Assembly (NCBI GenBank): GCA_013239625.1
Contig: MU053365.1
Location: 2,018,115 to 2,082,114, forward strand
DNA length: 64,000 bases
Reading direction: 5' to 3'
From: Lama guanicoe
Taxonomy: Eukaryota
In this document: piece by piece, positions 1-14,398 of the stretch
Position numbering within the stretch: the first letter of the stretch is position 1
How the letters are laid out: the number at the start of each line of letters is the position of its first letter
Program-made: the position numbers and the translations under genes
Notes under the pieces: generated by a model
What the model saw: only the letters and a program-made list of their open reading frames with translations
What the model was told of the DNA's origin: nothing
Database searches by the model: none

Positions 1-1281
1 AGCTTCTCATTATTGCAGTCTCAAAGAAATCATAATTGACTATCCTATCTAAATCAATCATTTCCCCAGCTAATCCCTGATTAATTACCACAGTCAATTT
101 TCTTCCTAGCACTCTCTGAAGTTTTCATATTTCACTTTAAGAAAAAATATGTGTTTATTTCTCTTCCCCTCCAACTAGAATGAAAATTTCACAGGAGCCA
201 GATACTCATGTATCTTTTTTTTATCCACTGTTGAATCTCCAGCACCAAGGATAGAGCCAATTGGGCACTCAATTGTAAACGAATAAACTCATTGAGAGAG
301 ATGAACTTTTCTTAAAACTTAATCCTAAAATCTCATAAATTCTTTAAAAAAAAGACTTTGAAAACATGACGTGATATGGCTTTAGCATCTACATTTAGAA
401 TATGCAGCCAGTATAGATGGGGTAATATCAAGAGAGCGTTCATGGCATAATTTTGAGTAAACTAATATATAATTGAAACCCAACAAAATAAGAGCTTTGA
501 AGGAAACTAACACAAAATGTGTAGAGACAGAAAACAAAACAAAACAAAACAGCAAGGTTAGTGTTACAAAATCAAAGTGACAGGAATATTTTTAAAGCAG
601 GTCATGAATAGTGTAAATGTGTGAAAAGTATTCATTGAATTTTTCAACAAAAATGCTAGTGGTAACCTTGGCAAAAGCAAATTCAGGGGAGTGGCAGTGG
701 TGATGATAAAAGTCAGATTGCAGTGGATACATGGGAAAATGTAACATGGGATTTCAACATGAAAAATAGATAGCATGATTTTGTGCTAGACTTTTTCAGG
801 GTATATTTGTACTTATCGGATTTGACCTCCTAAAGAATTTCAATTTAGCTCTGCTCAAGCATCTGTATTAAAGGAGCACTGCCTTCTGATGAGATACTGA
901 ATTGGATATTTGCAAATATATTGGACTTTTTTCCTTCCAGGCAGGCTTTTAAATATTTGGATACTTACATACTGTATACCTTAGATCTTCTCTTCTATAG
1001 GCTAAATATTTATAGATTCTCCAACCATTCCCACTTGTAATCTGGCTTCAGACCTTTTACTTGCATCCATGTTAGCCTTTGACCACTGTAGTTTGTCAGT
1101 GTCATCTTACAAAATGATTTCTAGAAATGCTTAAGAACATCATTCACCTTTCCAAATATTTGTAATAGTTCCCCACTGCCCCATTCATTCTGACTTGTAA
1201 GACCTTTAACATTGACTTTAGCAGACATTCTTAGGCATTATTTCCCTTTCCCCTCCATTATTTATAATACACGGTCTAGAG

Positions 1282-1520
1282 CAGGGGTCTGCAATCTGTT
1301 TTTGTAAAGGGCCAGATAGTAAATAGGTTTTCTTTGCAGACCATATGGTCTCTGTTGCAACTACTCCATATATGTTATAAATAATACAGCAGATAATATC
1401 TATACAATAGACAATACATTAGTGAATGAATGGCTGTGTTCTAATCACACTTTACTGGAGAAAAAAAAAAAACGTCAGCAGGCTGAATTTGGTTCACAAG
1501 CTATAGTTTGCCAACTGGTG
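1282..1520 (+). mobile_element. MER58A-like hAT-Charlie MITE
   Basis: caggggtctgcaa..tgtaaagggccagatagtaaata..tagtttgccaac; 8-bp flanks gtctagag/atctagac typical of Charlie target sites. Confidence 0.85.
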
Positions 1521-1599
1521 ATCTAGACAAACAAACTACCTTGACATTCTTTGGCATACCTAAGTTACTTCTGTGGATTTGTTCACGCTTCCCCTGCCC

Positions 1600-1984
1600 C
1601 AACATTAGTTAAAGTAAAGGCTATGCTGATGTAACCAACAGACTCAAATACAGCAGTTTACATGAGAGGAGAGGTTTTTCCTTCTTACATATCAGTCTGG
1701 CATGAGTGGAACAGATTGGTTCACAGCTCTGTTCTATAAGATCACTCAGTACATGGGCTTCTTCTTGCTAAATGTAGCAAGCACTTGTTAACGAAGAGTA
1801 ATGGGCACACTAGCACTCTTTCTCTTGATGATCACTTCCCCTAGATGTATAGGCTTATATATCTTTGTTTTAACTTATAAAGCATTGAAAAAGATAGTTT
1901 TGCCAAATTTTTTGACTCTACATAACATGGAAGTCCACTTTCCTAGCCTGGTACATCTTTTCCTATCCATGAAGCCAATGAATC

Positions 1985-2015
<31 letters not shown>

Positions 2016-2480
2016 TATATATATAGCTACAGTAGACCCTCTCTTCTGAAACAAATTTCTACATTAGAGTACAGTAGTGTGTGTTAAGTAAATCAGAACA
2101 CATGAAAAAAGAACCCACAACTTAACATATTAAAGGTTCATTTTTCATTCATTTAACTGTCCAGGGTGGTTTTGGGTTGTTGAGAGACTACTCCACAGTC
2201 ATTAACAGACCCACTCTGCCAAATTCAACGCATAGCTTCAATGTGAATCTAGGTGGTTGTTGTAAGTTTGCTGGACAAGGAAAAGAACAAGGAAGAACTC
2301 ATGTAAAAATTTTTTATGGTCCAGGACATTATTTTCCCTAATGTTACATTGGCTATAACTCTGTCATATGGCCATACCTAACTGCAAGTGTGGCTGGGAA
2401 ATGTAGTTCACCTATGTGCCTAGGAGGAAAACAAAAATAAATTATGATAAACAGTCTGCAGTTTCTGTACACCATCTGTC
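1600..2480. mobile_element. Fragmented MLT1 (ERVL-MaLR) LTR
   Basis: ttagttaaagtaaaggctatgctgatgtaaccaacagactcaaa start; tgtcatatggccatacctaactgcaagtgtggctgggaaatgtagtt motif near 2360-2410. Confidence 0.6.
1985..2025. repeat. (TA)n(CA)n(TA)n microsatellite
   Basis: Seen directly. Confidence 0.95.
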
Positions 2481-3589
2481 AAGACTCTGCAGTATTGCTT
2501 CATTCATGTTTTCTTCTCTTAGTCCTCTTTTGTATAAATTGCCACAGTTTTGTTTGTCCACTTTTCATGGTACACAAGTTTCTCTACTTGAACTACAGAT
2601 ACTAGTGGGCTTAGATTTGATGATCATTAAAGGCAGGAACTCTGAAACTCTGCCTTCTGGCTGTAGCACAGGAATCTGGAAATGCAGAAGAAGGACAGGT
2701 AAGCTTTATAAGCTTTTGTGTGTCTAACTCATCTTTGCTTCATTTACTCCCAGCACAGGGCATTGGGATAAATGAAGACCCAGTGAGTGTGGCTGAACTT
2801 GTCTTACCATCTCCCAGTTGTCTTGGGCTTTACCTAAATCTTGTTATTTTACTTCCAACCTGAAGCACACTCTTCTTTGGGTAAACAACTGATTCATAGC
2901 ATTCCTCCTTTCCCTCAGAAAAACCTCAATACAAGGAGGAAACCAGTACTAATGACTAAATGAACTTTTAATCTGTAACCATAACTGACTGAGCCATAGA
3001 CCAAATCTCTATGGAGCATTTAAAAACATTGAAACAAAGACTGGGAGTCTTCAGAGCCAAATCATGTCAGTGTCAGAATGTTAGGGAGAAGATTCACAAT
3101 TTTCTGCTGTTGAAGTTCCAGATCTACTATGATTCCAGCCCTTCCTGAGTCTTGGCTATTAAAATCTTCCATTGAAACTATAAGACAAAACAGTACTCTT
3201 TAAGTGTACTTAACATTTTGCTAAAACACTCAGATAAGTTTTCGCTGCTTGCTACTAAAAGAAACTTGCTATTCCCTTGTCATTGTTAGCTTTTCACTTT
3301 TCTGGGGTAGAGGAAAGGACAATAGTATTTGGGTCATTATTCCTTCCCTTAGGCATATGTTGACATCATAGCCATGCCACAAGCCATTGGCCTAAGTCAT
3401 TTTATCATGTTCTTGCACCAAATAAAACCCTCCATATTGTAACTGTCTTTGAATGTGATATTTTTTGTAGTCGGATTTTAGAACTCTAATATTGTTGTTA
3501 AATTTTCTATTATTATTTATTTCTTATTTCATTCATCATTCCAGACTATTAAAGTCATTTTTAGTTCTGACAGAGACATACCTCTTTCT

Positions 3590-3920
3590 ACCTGAGACTG
3601 CTTCTATACTACATTTTTTAGGGCTCTTGCAGGCGGGTGGTTGAGTTTTGGCCAATGGAATGTGGGTAAACACGACGTGTGTCACTTGTAGGCTTGAGCT
3701 GTAAACCCTCATTTGCAATCCTTCACACTCTCTTCCCTTGTCCCCTGACCAAACACAAATGATCCACTGAAGGACTCCAAAGCCCTAAAAAACCATGGGA
3801 CTAACAGACTGAAAGAACCTACATCCTTGGAAGTGTGCCTGAAATAGATCATTGGTCTGTGATGTGTGAGGGAAAATTAAACTTTGAAATTTAGAGATCG
3901 TTTGTAGAGCTGTCAAATAG
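3590..3920. mobile_element. MLT1-type LTR fragment
   Basis: gagttttggccaatggaatgtgggtaaacacgacgtgtgtcactt and gtgtgagggaaaattaaacttt motifs. Confidence 0.6.
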
Positions 3921-6900
3921 CAACAAATCTGTACTTTAGTAAGGAAAGACTGTGTTCAAAAAGACTATTGCACTAAGGAGAACATGCTGACCCCAGGATC
4001 TACAAGTGTCTCAAAATCAAACAGTAGAAGGCTTTTTTTTTTTTTTAAACAGGAAGGGCTAAGAGAACTAGCCAGAACTTTCTGGAGGAGAGAGGTAAGA
4101 AGTTGGGGTGAGAAGGTAGAAAAATCCAGGACTTCCACAACAAAAAAAAATTTGTTTGCAGTCAGCCAGTTCATAGGATGAGTCATAAAGAAGAACATCT
4201 GCATCTTTCTGCTTACTTAAACAAAGGAGAACCAAAGCTCAGGGACTTGTATGTAAGAGGAAAGACTGACTAAAGTTTGGTCAAGTCAGTGGTTAGGTAC
4301 TGGGAAATTGTGAGCATTTGGTCACAGACTATGCGAATTAAGATAATTTCTCTCCTCAGTTTCATGTAGCCTATGAATTAAGTCAACATGCAATCGGGGT
4401 ACTTGTTAAACTCCATAATGTACCTCTTCTGAGCCGGCTCGGCCCCTTCTATAGGAGCAAAAGTTTAGAGAGCTATTGTAGCAGCAAGCTTAGACACCCA
4501 AACCTTTTTGCAAAAGCCTCTCTAAAGAATGACTTCTTCCATTTCCCGTCTCAGGGTTGCCTCCTCCTTAGGATGCCAAGAGATAAAAGAAGCAGGGTAA
4601 CAGAGCTCACGTTCACATGACAGAAGAGACAAACAGCAGGCATGGCAGAAATAGCCTAAGAATGTGTTTCACTTAGTCATGTTCCTACCGATTTGGCCAC
4701 TAGGCTTTTCAGCTCATTTTTCGGGTTCCCAAAATGCAAAATCTATACAATCTCTTCCTGCTTATGTTGCCTGTATCTTCATGAATCTTGCTGACGAAGA
4801 TTGAGTCTTTACGTTTATCTAATCCCACTAATTCAGTACACTTATTTCTAGTATTTTAATTCACAAAGGATTTTCAAATATAAAAATGTATGAGGATACC
4901 TTCTGGTTTATTTTATATAATGTATAACCAAATAGAGTGTATAAACTTTTACTCAATAAAATTTCCTATTTCAGCACGTTTCCCTTTGGGGAAATATGAC
5001 CCATTATTTTCCCATTATCAATTACATGTGTCTTTTACAATTTATTTCCCTATAAAAAGAGGCCTGTTTCTATATTTTCCCATGCCCTTCACTTCTTGGG
5101 TATTCTCCTGCTTATATTTAAATGATTTTAATTTGCTAAAATGTATATTAGTTTTGTTTTGTCGACTATAGAAAAAGAGATCAAGACAGCTTGGATAATT
5201 TTACTGATTACAGAGCCAAGTGATGATACACTGAGTTCTAACCTAACTTTACTTAAGTTCTTTCTTCTAATATGAGCACTTTCAATTAATTTTAAAGTCT
5301 CCTTTTAAAATATGCACATATCTGCTTTTTAACTTTTCAACTTAACTACTTTAATATGCCATATTCAGAATTCAATTAACAGTTTGAAATTGGAACTGGC
5401 TTAAATGGTATTGGCCCAAAAAATCCTCCCTGTCAATATCATCTTAACACAGCATCAACCGTCTAAAAAATAAACATATTGCAATTACCTCTGACCTCCT
5501 ACATTCAGAGAAGAACTCCAGCAAAATAAGAGATTTAAGGTACCTAGTATTCAAGAGAGTCTATATTATTTCACTGAGATTTTAACTGAAATTGTATTTT
5601 TAGTGATGCCACTAAGCAATTCCTTTGTCTGAATTGCGATGACACCTGAATCACCATAATTTTAGACGTTTTTTGATAATACATATATACATTACCTAAT
5701 GTTAAGCCACCCTAACACCACAAAACTAGTTTAGAATGTCAAAAATTCAGTTAAGTTAATAAGAAGAATCACCAGAGAAATAGTTTCATTTTATAACTCC
5801 AGACCAAGAACCACAAATAAAGTTATTTGTATATTCGAGTCATGACTACTAAGAACCAACTCATAAAAGACACACCTTGAGTTGGAATGCAGTGCATTCT
5901 ACTTAAATTCCCTTATTCACATTATATTTACAAACAACTCCCCAAATATCATCATAAATAAATCATAGATATTTTCAATATAGCCCAAGATTTTTTCAAA
6001 TAAGACAAATACTTCAGAAAGTTGTCAAACAGAAATTTATAGCAATTTAGTTTTAGTGCAAATAACCAACATTTCAGACAGATTAAAATACGTTGGTTAG
6101 AAGGCAGTTAAATACAGCAGAGTAAGAAGATCATGAACTAAGCTCCTCCCATGGGCACAACAAATCTATAGCTACGTATGGAACAATTCCCTCTGAAAAG
6201 AAACAGAACTAGCTAAACACCTACTCCACAAAAAAGAATAAAAAGGTAACATCATGACAAGTAGGAGAAGCAGGGTCACAGTCTCACCAACCACCCACCC
6301 CCGCCGCCCCAGTGCGGTGACCTGCAATCATGAGGGATCTCATGAATACAGAAGTTCTCCCTGAGTAGTGAGAAGTCTGTACCTCACATCAGGCACTCCA
6401 ACCTTTGGGACCTGCACCAAGGAAACAAGTCGTCAAAACATTTGGCTTAGAAAAGCAATGAGGCTTAAGTCTGGGAGAACTATAGGGCTGTAGAGAATTT
6501 ACATTCTTCTCTTAAAGGGATCACTTGCAGACTCACTCACCCTAGGACCCACAAAAGCAGTAGTTTGAAAAGAACCTAGACCATCTGTGAAGGATGTTCA
6601 TGTGCTCATCTTTAAATGTCTGCCAGAGGATGAAGACACTGATGGTCACCCTTTTAAAGTTCTCTTCTTACCTTGCTGGCACTTGCTGATGACAGGTGTC
6701 ATTTTTGCTCTCTCACTCTAACCTGCTAGCACCTGTCCCCCCAAAATCCCTGCTGTAGGCCCGCCAGAGGCAGCAGGTGAACACTCCACCCACCTGTGCT
6801 TCCTCCACTGCCCCGCTACAGGTGACAGGTGGGAGCTCCACCACCTCCCCTGCCCCCGAAGCCAGTGGGTACACAAACCTACACGGGACAACCCTTGAAA

Positions 6901-8453
6901 CCAGAAAGGGCTCTGGAGGCCAAGGGGGACTGCATTTCTGGGCCTTATGGGTCTGAAATCATCAGAGACACATTTCAAGAGACAACAAAGAATGAGGGCA
7001 AGAGTAAATGATAAGGTTCATTGCCTACACAGGGCCACAACTTCAAGACTGGGAGAGATAGCTCTTTCACCTAACACATGGAAACAAACAGAGAACCAAG
7101 CAGGAATGAGAGAATAGGACTATACTCCAGAAGAAATACCAAGCTAAACCCCCAGGAAAACACTTAAAGAAACAAAGACAAGTAAATAACTTGATAAAGA
7201 GTTCAAAATAATGGCGCTCACTGAACTTGGGAAAAGAATGGATGAACACAGAGAAAATGTCAACAAACAGATAGATAATATAAGAAAGTACCAAACAGAA
7301 GTCATATAGCTGGAGAATATAATAACTGAACTGAAAAATACACTAGAGGGTTTCTGTAGCAGACTAAATGAAGCAGAAGAATCAGCGATCCAAAAGACAG
7401 GGCACTGGAACTCACACAGACAAAGCAGCCAAAAAAAATTTTTAAGTGAAGATCATTTGAGGGGCTTATGGAACAACATCAAGTGGAATAACATTCACAT
7501 CACAGGGGATCTAAGAAGAAGAGAGATTAAAAGAGGCAGGAAACTTATTTAAAGAAATAATGTCTGAAAACTATCCTTACCTGGGAAAGGAAACAGAAAT
7601 CCAGATCCAGGAGACCCAGAGAGTTTCAAACAAGATGAGCCCGGAGACCCACACCAAGACACGTTATAATTAAAATGTCAAGAACAAAAAATAAAGAGAG
7701 AATCTTAAAAGCAGCAAGAGAAACCAACTTGCTATCTCTCAGCAGAAACTTTGCAAGCCAGAAGGGAGTGACTTGATACATTCAAAGTGTCAAAAGGGGG
7801 AAAAAAACTTTCAGCGAATACTCTACCTGACAGGGTTATCATTCAGAATGGAAGAAAAGATAAAAAAGAGTTTTCCAGACAAGCAAAGCTAAAGAAGTTC
7901 ATCACAATCAAAGCAGCCCTACAAGAAATGTTGAAGGGACTCCTTTAAGCTGAAAAGAGAGGACACCAATTAGTAACAAGAAAACGTATAAAAATAAAAA
8001 TCTCACTGGTAAAGTCACATATATAGTAAAGAAAGTGGATTAACCACTTATAAAGCTGGTATGATGGTTAAAAGACACAATAGTAAAAATAACTATAACT
8101 ACAATAATTAGTTAAGGAATTCACGAAATAAAATGTAGCATATAACATCAATAAGAAAACATGGGGTGGGGGCAAAAATGCAGTTTAGAATGCAGTCAGA
8201 CTTAACTTGTTATCAACTCTATAAAATAGAGTGTTTTGTATATATAGGCTGTTACATGTCAGCCTCAAGTAACTACCAAGCAAAAACCTATGAAAGAAAA
8301 AAAATTATCCTTGAGTGATTAGGAACTTGAAAACTGGGTATCTTTAAAAAGTATCCCTAAACATTCTCACTTAAATAGATAGGGCATTATTGATTTTTAT
8401 TAATATGAAAAACAAGCTAAGGCAAACTCAAACCCAACCTTTGATTTTGAGAC

Positions 8454-8457
<4 letters not shown>

Positions 8458-8492
<35 letters not shown>
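8458..8492. repeat. (CA)n microsatellite
   Basis: Seen directly. Confidence 0.95.
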
Positions 8493-8494
<2 letters not shown>

Positions 8495-8662
8495 CCCACA
8501 CAAGATGATAACTGTGTGAGGTGACTGGTATGTTAATTAGCTTGATTGTGGTAATCATCACACAGGTATATTGATATCACAATACCACACTGTACATGTT
8601 AAATATACACAATTTTCCATTCATCAATCATAACCTCAATGAATCTGAAGAAAAAAAAGAAG
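8495..8662 (+). mobile_element. L1MA-type 3' end with A tail
   Basis: gataactgtgtgaggtgactggtatgttaattagcttgattgtggtaatcat; same type of terminus as 58850-59012. Confidence 0.8.
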
Positions 8663-8819
8663 ACAAACTATGAATAGACACACCAAAGATAATGAGAAAG
8701 GAATCCAAGCATAACACCAAAGAAAGTCATCAAACCACAAGGGAAAAAAGTCAGTACTGTCTCCTTAGGTTATCCGTAAATCTAAAATTATTTCAAAAAT
8801 TAAATCACACTTTTTAAAA

Positions 8820-10822
8820 AGTACATTAATCCAAGAGAAGATAGGAAAAAGAGAAACAAAAAATAGAAAACATAGCAAACAAAAAGAAAACAAACAATAA
8901 AAGAATAGATATAAATCCAACAATACTTATAATTACCTTAAATGCAAGTTCATGTACACTAAATAAATAGAGATTTTTTAAGATTAAAACCGACTATATG
9001 CTATCCATTAAAAAACTCATTTAAAATATAAATACATACATTAAAAGTAAGAGGAAGGAAAATATATATCATGTAAATAATGATAAAAAAGAATGAATTT
9101 ACTATATTGATAATCAGAAAAACAGACTTCAGAGAAAAGTCTTAGCATGGATAAAGAGGAACATTACATAACTGTAATGAGGTCAATGTTTCAATAAAAC
9201 ATAATCTTGAAGAAGTATGCACCTAATAACTGAGCTTCAAAATACATAAAGCAAATACTTATAGACATGAAAGAATGAACAAATCCATCATTATACTTGG
9301 AGACTTCAGCATTTCTCTTTCTCAGCATTGTTCTCTCTATAAAGATACTTGGAAAATACCCAAATATTTGTAAATTTAATAATAAACTTCTAAATAGCAC
9401 ATGGGTGAAAGATCAATTCAAAGGCAAATTAGAAAATACTTAAAAGAGGATGTAAATGTGTGTGTGTTATAATCAAAGCATTGCTTGGAAGTAATTTATA
9501 GCATTAAATATGTATTTTAGAAAAGAAAAGTCATCAAATCAATGATCTAAACTTCCACCTCCTTCATTTATGGTGAGAATGGGAAATGGTATAACAATGT
9601 TGGAAGGCACTTTATCAGTTTCTTTGAAAATTAAATATAAACTGATGATATGACCCAGCAATCATTCTCCTAGGTTATCTATCCAAGTGATTTGAAAACT
9701 CATGTCCACACATAAACTGGTATGCGAAATTTTTACTGTAAGTTTATTCATAATAGCTAAAAACTAAAAGCAACCAAGCTGCCCATCAACACAAGATGGA
9801 TAAACAAACCGTGATGTAGCCGCCAATAGTACACTATTCAGTAATAAAAAGGAATATGCTATTGATTCACATAACAGCATGTATAAATCTTAAATGCATT
9901 TTGCTAAGTGAAAGAAGCCAAACCCAAAAAGCTACATATTTCATGATTTCACTCATGTGACATTGTGGAAAGAACAAAACTATAGTGACTGAAAAGAAAT
10001 TAGTGGTTGCCAGTGGTTAGAGGACAGGGAAGTGGTGGTCTCCAAAGTGATTCACAGAGGAATGTTTATGGTAAAAACAAAAAACAAAAAACTGTCCTAT
10101 AAAGCACCAGGGTGTGGATTCATGACACTATACATGTATTGAATCTCACAGAATCATATATTGCAAGGAGGGAACTTTAATGCATGCAAACCAATAAAAC
10201 AGTCAAACAAGAAGCAAGGATGTCTGGGGGTTGACCCTAGGATGACATACAGACTGTGACCAGTGAACTGTGTTACAAATTTATGACATAACCACATTGA
10301 AGGATGTGCAGAGGAAAGGTAGCTGACTTAAGTATATTATGAAAATGATGATTTGACTGGAAATTGCAGAGCTCAGGACACATGGAATTGTGCATAAACA
10401 CTGTATTTTAACTGGTACAGCTGTTTCTCATGTGAGTACAGTTTAACAGCCCCCAAACTGCTTTACATGTAGACTGTGGTTGAACAAATAAATAAATGGA
10501 TGGTGGATAGTGGCAGATTTTTCACCATTAGGGAGGGAAGTTACTAATAAACAAGACTAGAATGAACACTGATGTATTAGAATTAAAGACATCAGTATGA
10601 ATTCATGTTTGGCTATATATACATACATATATATATATATATATAAAATATATGTGTGTATCACACAAGATGGATAGATACAGGAACACAAGAATTACAG
10701 ATATGTGTATACATACAAGTTAATATACACACATACATTACCTAGGTCTGTCTCTTGCCTAGAACCAAGACTACTCTGGTATTAATGAGCACACCTAGCT
10801 TCCAGATCTTGGTTTCTAAAAC
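8820..10822 (+). mobile_element. Old L1 (ORF2 endonuclease fragments + L1MC-type 3' UTR)
   Basis: gtatgcacctaataactgagcttcaaaatacataaagcaaa (VYAPN motif); tatgacccagcaatcattctcctagg; gagcacacctagcttccagatcttggtttctaaa. Confidence 0.8.
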
Positions 10823-10823
10823 A

Positions 10824-11000
10824 CCAGACCCCTCCTTATCCACAGGGGTACGTTCCAAGACCCCCAGTGCATGCCTGAAGCTGTAGATAGCTCCAAACCC
10901 TATATATACTATGTTTTTCCTGTACATCCATCCATATCTATTATAAATTTTATTAATTAGGCACTGTAAGATATTAATAACAATAACTAATAATAAATAA
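10824..11000 (+). mobile_element. MER44-like TcMar-Tigger fragment
   Basis: ccttatccacaggggtacgttccaagacccccagtgcatgcctgaa..ccctatatatactatgttttt..aattaggcactgtaagatattaataa. Confidence 0.8.
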
Positions 11001-11021
11001 ATACATATATTATATATATTA

Positions 11022-11625
11022 TATCCCCATTCATCTATTGATGGACACTTAGTTTGTTTGCATATCTTGGCTATTGTGAAAAATGCTGCAACAAACAGGA
11101 GGTGCATATACCTTTTCAAGTTGGGGTTTTCATTTCCTTCAGATAAGAATCCAGGAGTGGAATTGCTGTCATACTGTAGTCCTATTTTTAATTTCTGAGG
11201 AAACTCCATACTGTTTTCTATAGGGGTTGTATCAATTTACATTCCCACCAACAGTTCACAAAGGTTCCCTTTTCTCCATATCTTTGCCAACACTTGTTAT
11301 TTCTTATCTTTTTGATGGTAGGCATTTCTAGCAGGTGTGAGGTGACATCTCATTGTGGTTTTGATTTGCATTTCCCTGATGATTAGTGATGTTCAGAATC
11401 TATTCATGTACCTATTGGCCATTTTTATGTCTTCTTTGGAAAAATGTCTATTCAACTGTTCTGCCCATTTTTTAATCAGACTGGATTTTTTTTTTTGCTA
11501 TTGAATTATGGAAGTTCTTTAAGTATTTTGGATATTAGCCCCTCATCAGATATATGATTTGCAAATATTTTCTCTCATTAGCAGGTTGACTTTTCATCTT
11601 GTTGATGGTTGCCTTTATTGTGCAG
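11022..11625 (-). mobile_element. L1 ORF2 C-terminal fragment
   Basis: Track ORF 10742-11209 contains [12 protein letters not shown] and LFVAAFFTIAKICKQTKCPSIDEW, typical of the ORF2p C-terminus. Confidence 0.9.
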
Positions 11626-12189
11626 AATATAGGGGCCTTCTTTGGATAGCAGGCTGGACATGCATCTGAGAGAGAATAACCCCATTATGTAACATAATTG
11701 TAGGTTGGTCAAAGAGAAGCTAGGGAACACCAACTTTCTTTAAGCAACAAGAAATACATCAGGGGTCTGCAGGCCCAGGAATAATGCAGGATAATACACA
11801 AACCAAAGAACAAAGTCTTCATACTGTTGCCCTGGCAAGAGCCTTGCAGCCAGGAATGCTGACATCAACCAAGTGCCAAGTTTTAGATCCAGCTGAGCTA
11901 CTTCCCCATGAGTTTCCAGGACTATTAGAGTTTGTCTCCACCTTTCTAAACTCCACCATTGACTTTGTTCTGGAGACAATCTTCACAAAGGCTGCTTCCC
12001 CTTCTTCATGCCTAGATGTAAACCTCAGTGCTTTAACTATCTTGGAGATACCCTTTGACAGTTAATCTGAAGACCCTGTCCCATAGCCTGACTCTTCATG
12101 TTAGATCAGATTTTCTATGCCTTGTCCAGCAGTTAATTCAGCTTAAAACTTACTATGTTTCAGAGTCTATTATTCTTTTATCCCAACAA

Positions 12190-12960
12190 GCCAAGATGGA
12201 TGATGAACAGAGTTAAAGCATTTAAAGCCTTATAATGTTGAGAAGAATGACTAACTTTAGAGCTCAAGTTAAGTAGGGCACTTTAAAATTACTAGTGTAA
12301 AAATTTATAGAAATATATTATATATTTTCAGAACCAGTAGATAGGGAGAAGAAGTGAAATGAGAGAAACAGAACACCACTTCGAATAAAGGCTAGAAAGA
12401 AAGGAAAACAATCAAGGAAAAATTTTAAGATGATAAGATAGAAATTCAAGTAAGTTAGAAAATAAAATCATAAATCCAAATATATTAGTGATCACAATAA
12501 GTACAAATGGACTGATAATGATTTGGACAACAAAACTTACAAGCTTACTTCTGTACTCCCAAATTAGAAAATTCATTCTTTTCAAGCACATGTGAAGCAT
12601 TTATAAAGGTTAACCTCATATTAGGCTATCAACCCCATCAACAAGTTTCAAAGTATTTAGTAATATCCCAAACTGATTTTTTTTCACTTTGATGCATCCC
12701 AATTAGAGATGTTGTAAAAAGATGACATTAAAACGTACACTTGGAAATTTAAAAACACATTCATATCAAAAACAAATTATGATGGAAATGAGAAAACATG
12801 CAAAAGTAGAAATATTTAAAAGACCAAATACAAAATAACAGAACCTGTTAGATGTAGATAAAGCAGCTCTTTAAAAAAAAAGTGCATTAGCTAAAGAAGT
12901 TAAAAAAGAAATGTAACATTTAAGTCAGAATAATGAAAATAGTTTTTAAAATACTGAAAC
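12190..12960 (+). mobile_element. Ancient L1M fragments
   Basis: A-rich; attcattcttttcaagcacatgtgaagcatttataaaggttaacctcatattaggc resembles the ORF2 endonuclease region. Confidence 0.6.
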
Positions 12961-12984
12961 AAATATCAGAAATAGAATATAGCT

Positions 12985-13580
12985 AGGAGATCAGTATGGC
13001 TGAAATGAAGAGAAGCAAGAGTGTTGTAGAAGATGAAATCAGAGAGGTAAGGGAGGGAAGGGGACCGGACGGTTCAGAGCCTTTTAGGTCATAGTGAAGA
13101 TTTTGGCTTGTACTCTGAATGAGCTGAAGAGTCATGGGAGGTTTTTAAATAGAGTAGTGACATTATCTGATTGATACCTTATATTGAGACTAGAATAAAC
13201 TGAGGCAAGGACATAGTCAGGGAGACCATTTAAGAGATTACTCCAATAACCCAGGGAGAGACGGTGGTGGCTTAGACCAAGTTAACGGCAGTGGGAATAG
13301 TTAGAAGTAGTCAAATCTGGAACATATTTCAGGGATAGAGCCAATAAGATTGGCTGATGGACAATACATGGGGTATGAGAAAGAGGTCAAGAATGATGCC
13401 AAGAAGATAATTTGACCTGAAGACTGAAGATGTCATTGATTAAGATGGGAAAGACTATAGGAGTAATTTACATGGAGTGTAATATAAAGAAATTGGTTTG
13501 GTAAATATTAAGCTCAAGTTATTATCAGATTTTCAAATGAAGATATCAAGGAAGCAATTGGAAATATAGGTTAGGATTCA
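12985..13580 (-). mobile_element. L2 LINE fragment
   Basis: Purine-rich antisense L2 motifs: gattttggcttgtactctgaatgag, ggtggtggcttagaccaa, gaggtcaagaatgatgccaag. Confidence 0.85.
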
Positions 13581-14263
13581 GAAATATATTATTTCTAACA
13601 TGGTCAAGCCTTTACATATAAATTGAGTCCAAAGATTAGTGAATTAGATGACAAGCTAATTTATAATAACACTGCAATTAATTATCCTCATCCCATTCTG
13701 TCTTAGTATATATACTAAGTGGCTCCTCAAACTGACACCATGCATAGCCTTTTAACTCTTCTGACACAGGATCCAAGTATTTAACTGGGCAGGACATTCT
13801 AAAATGTTACAAAAACAATGTTTTGAACCAGTTTCTTAAAATAGTTTCAATAGAAATTGTATTTTCCTAATTAAGTAGTTTTAATTGTTGGTTGAAATGG
13901 CACTTTCCAAGTTGGTAATTAGTTTTGAAAATCTGAAATTTCTAAACACACTTTTAAAACCAATTATCACTCAGTAAATTGGTCCAAGTTATTGTTTCAT
14001 GGTCAGTTCTTTTTATTTAGATTCCATCGTTGTTTTCCTGCAAGGAAAGATCAAATACATTTTAAAAACTGTTTCTCAAATTAAAGAAAGAAAACCTATG
14101 ACCAATACAGGGCCTAAATTTATTCATTGTTTTCTAATATTTACTCTTAATCTTCTTCCTCTCTTTAACTGTTTTTCTTGGGATAGTCAATAAAAAACTC
14201 TCCTCCCCATTATCACTCCCGCCTTGAAAAGACTTGGCCTCAGCATCTTTTTTCTTTTGGTAC

Positions 14264-14398
14264 CTGATGTTACAACTTCAAAATATTGCCAGAATTTGCC
14301 ATTTAGACTTGAAAGTCCGTGGTGCACTAAAAATCCTCTTAATTTTCTCCACTTTCCCTTGATGGTATATTTACTTGTAAAAGGGTCAGGTTTTACAT
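14264..14398 (-). other. Candidate internal exon (135 nt, phase 1-1)
   Basis: CAG|GTACCA donor and a weak atatctAG acceptor; open frame DVKPDPFTSKYTIKGKWRKLRGFLVHHGLSSLNGKFWQYFEVVTS. Confidence 0.22.

Larger units (their letters stand above)
6105..8745 (+). mobile_element. L1 5' UTR + degenerate ORF1 + inter-ORF region (interrupted at ~8293-8670)
   Basis: ORF1p-like remnants ELGKRMDEHREN, IITELKNTLEGF.SRLNEAEE, LFKEIMSENYPYLGKETEIQIQE, RPTPRHVIIKM, KERILKAAR, with frameshifts. Confidence 0.9.
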
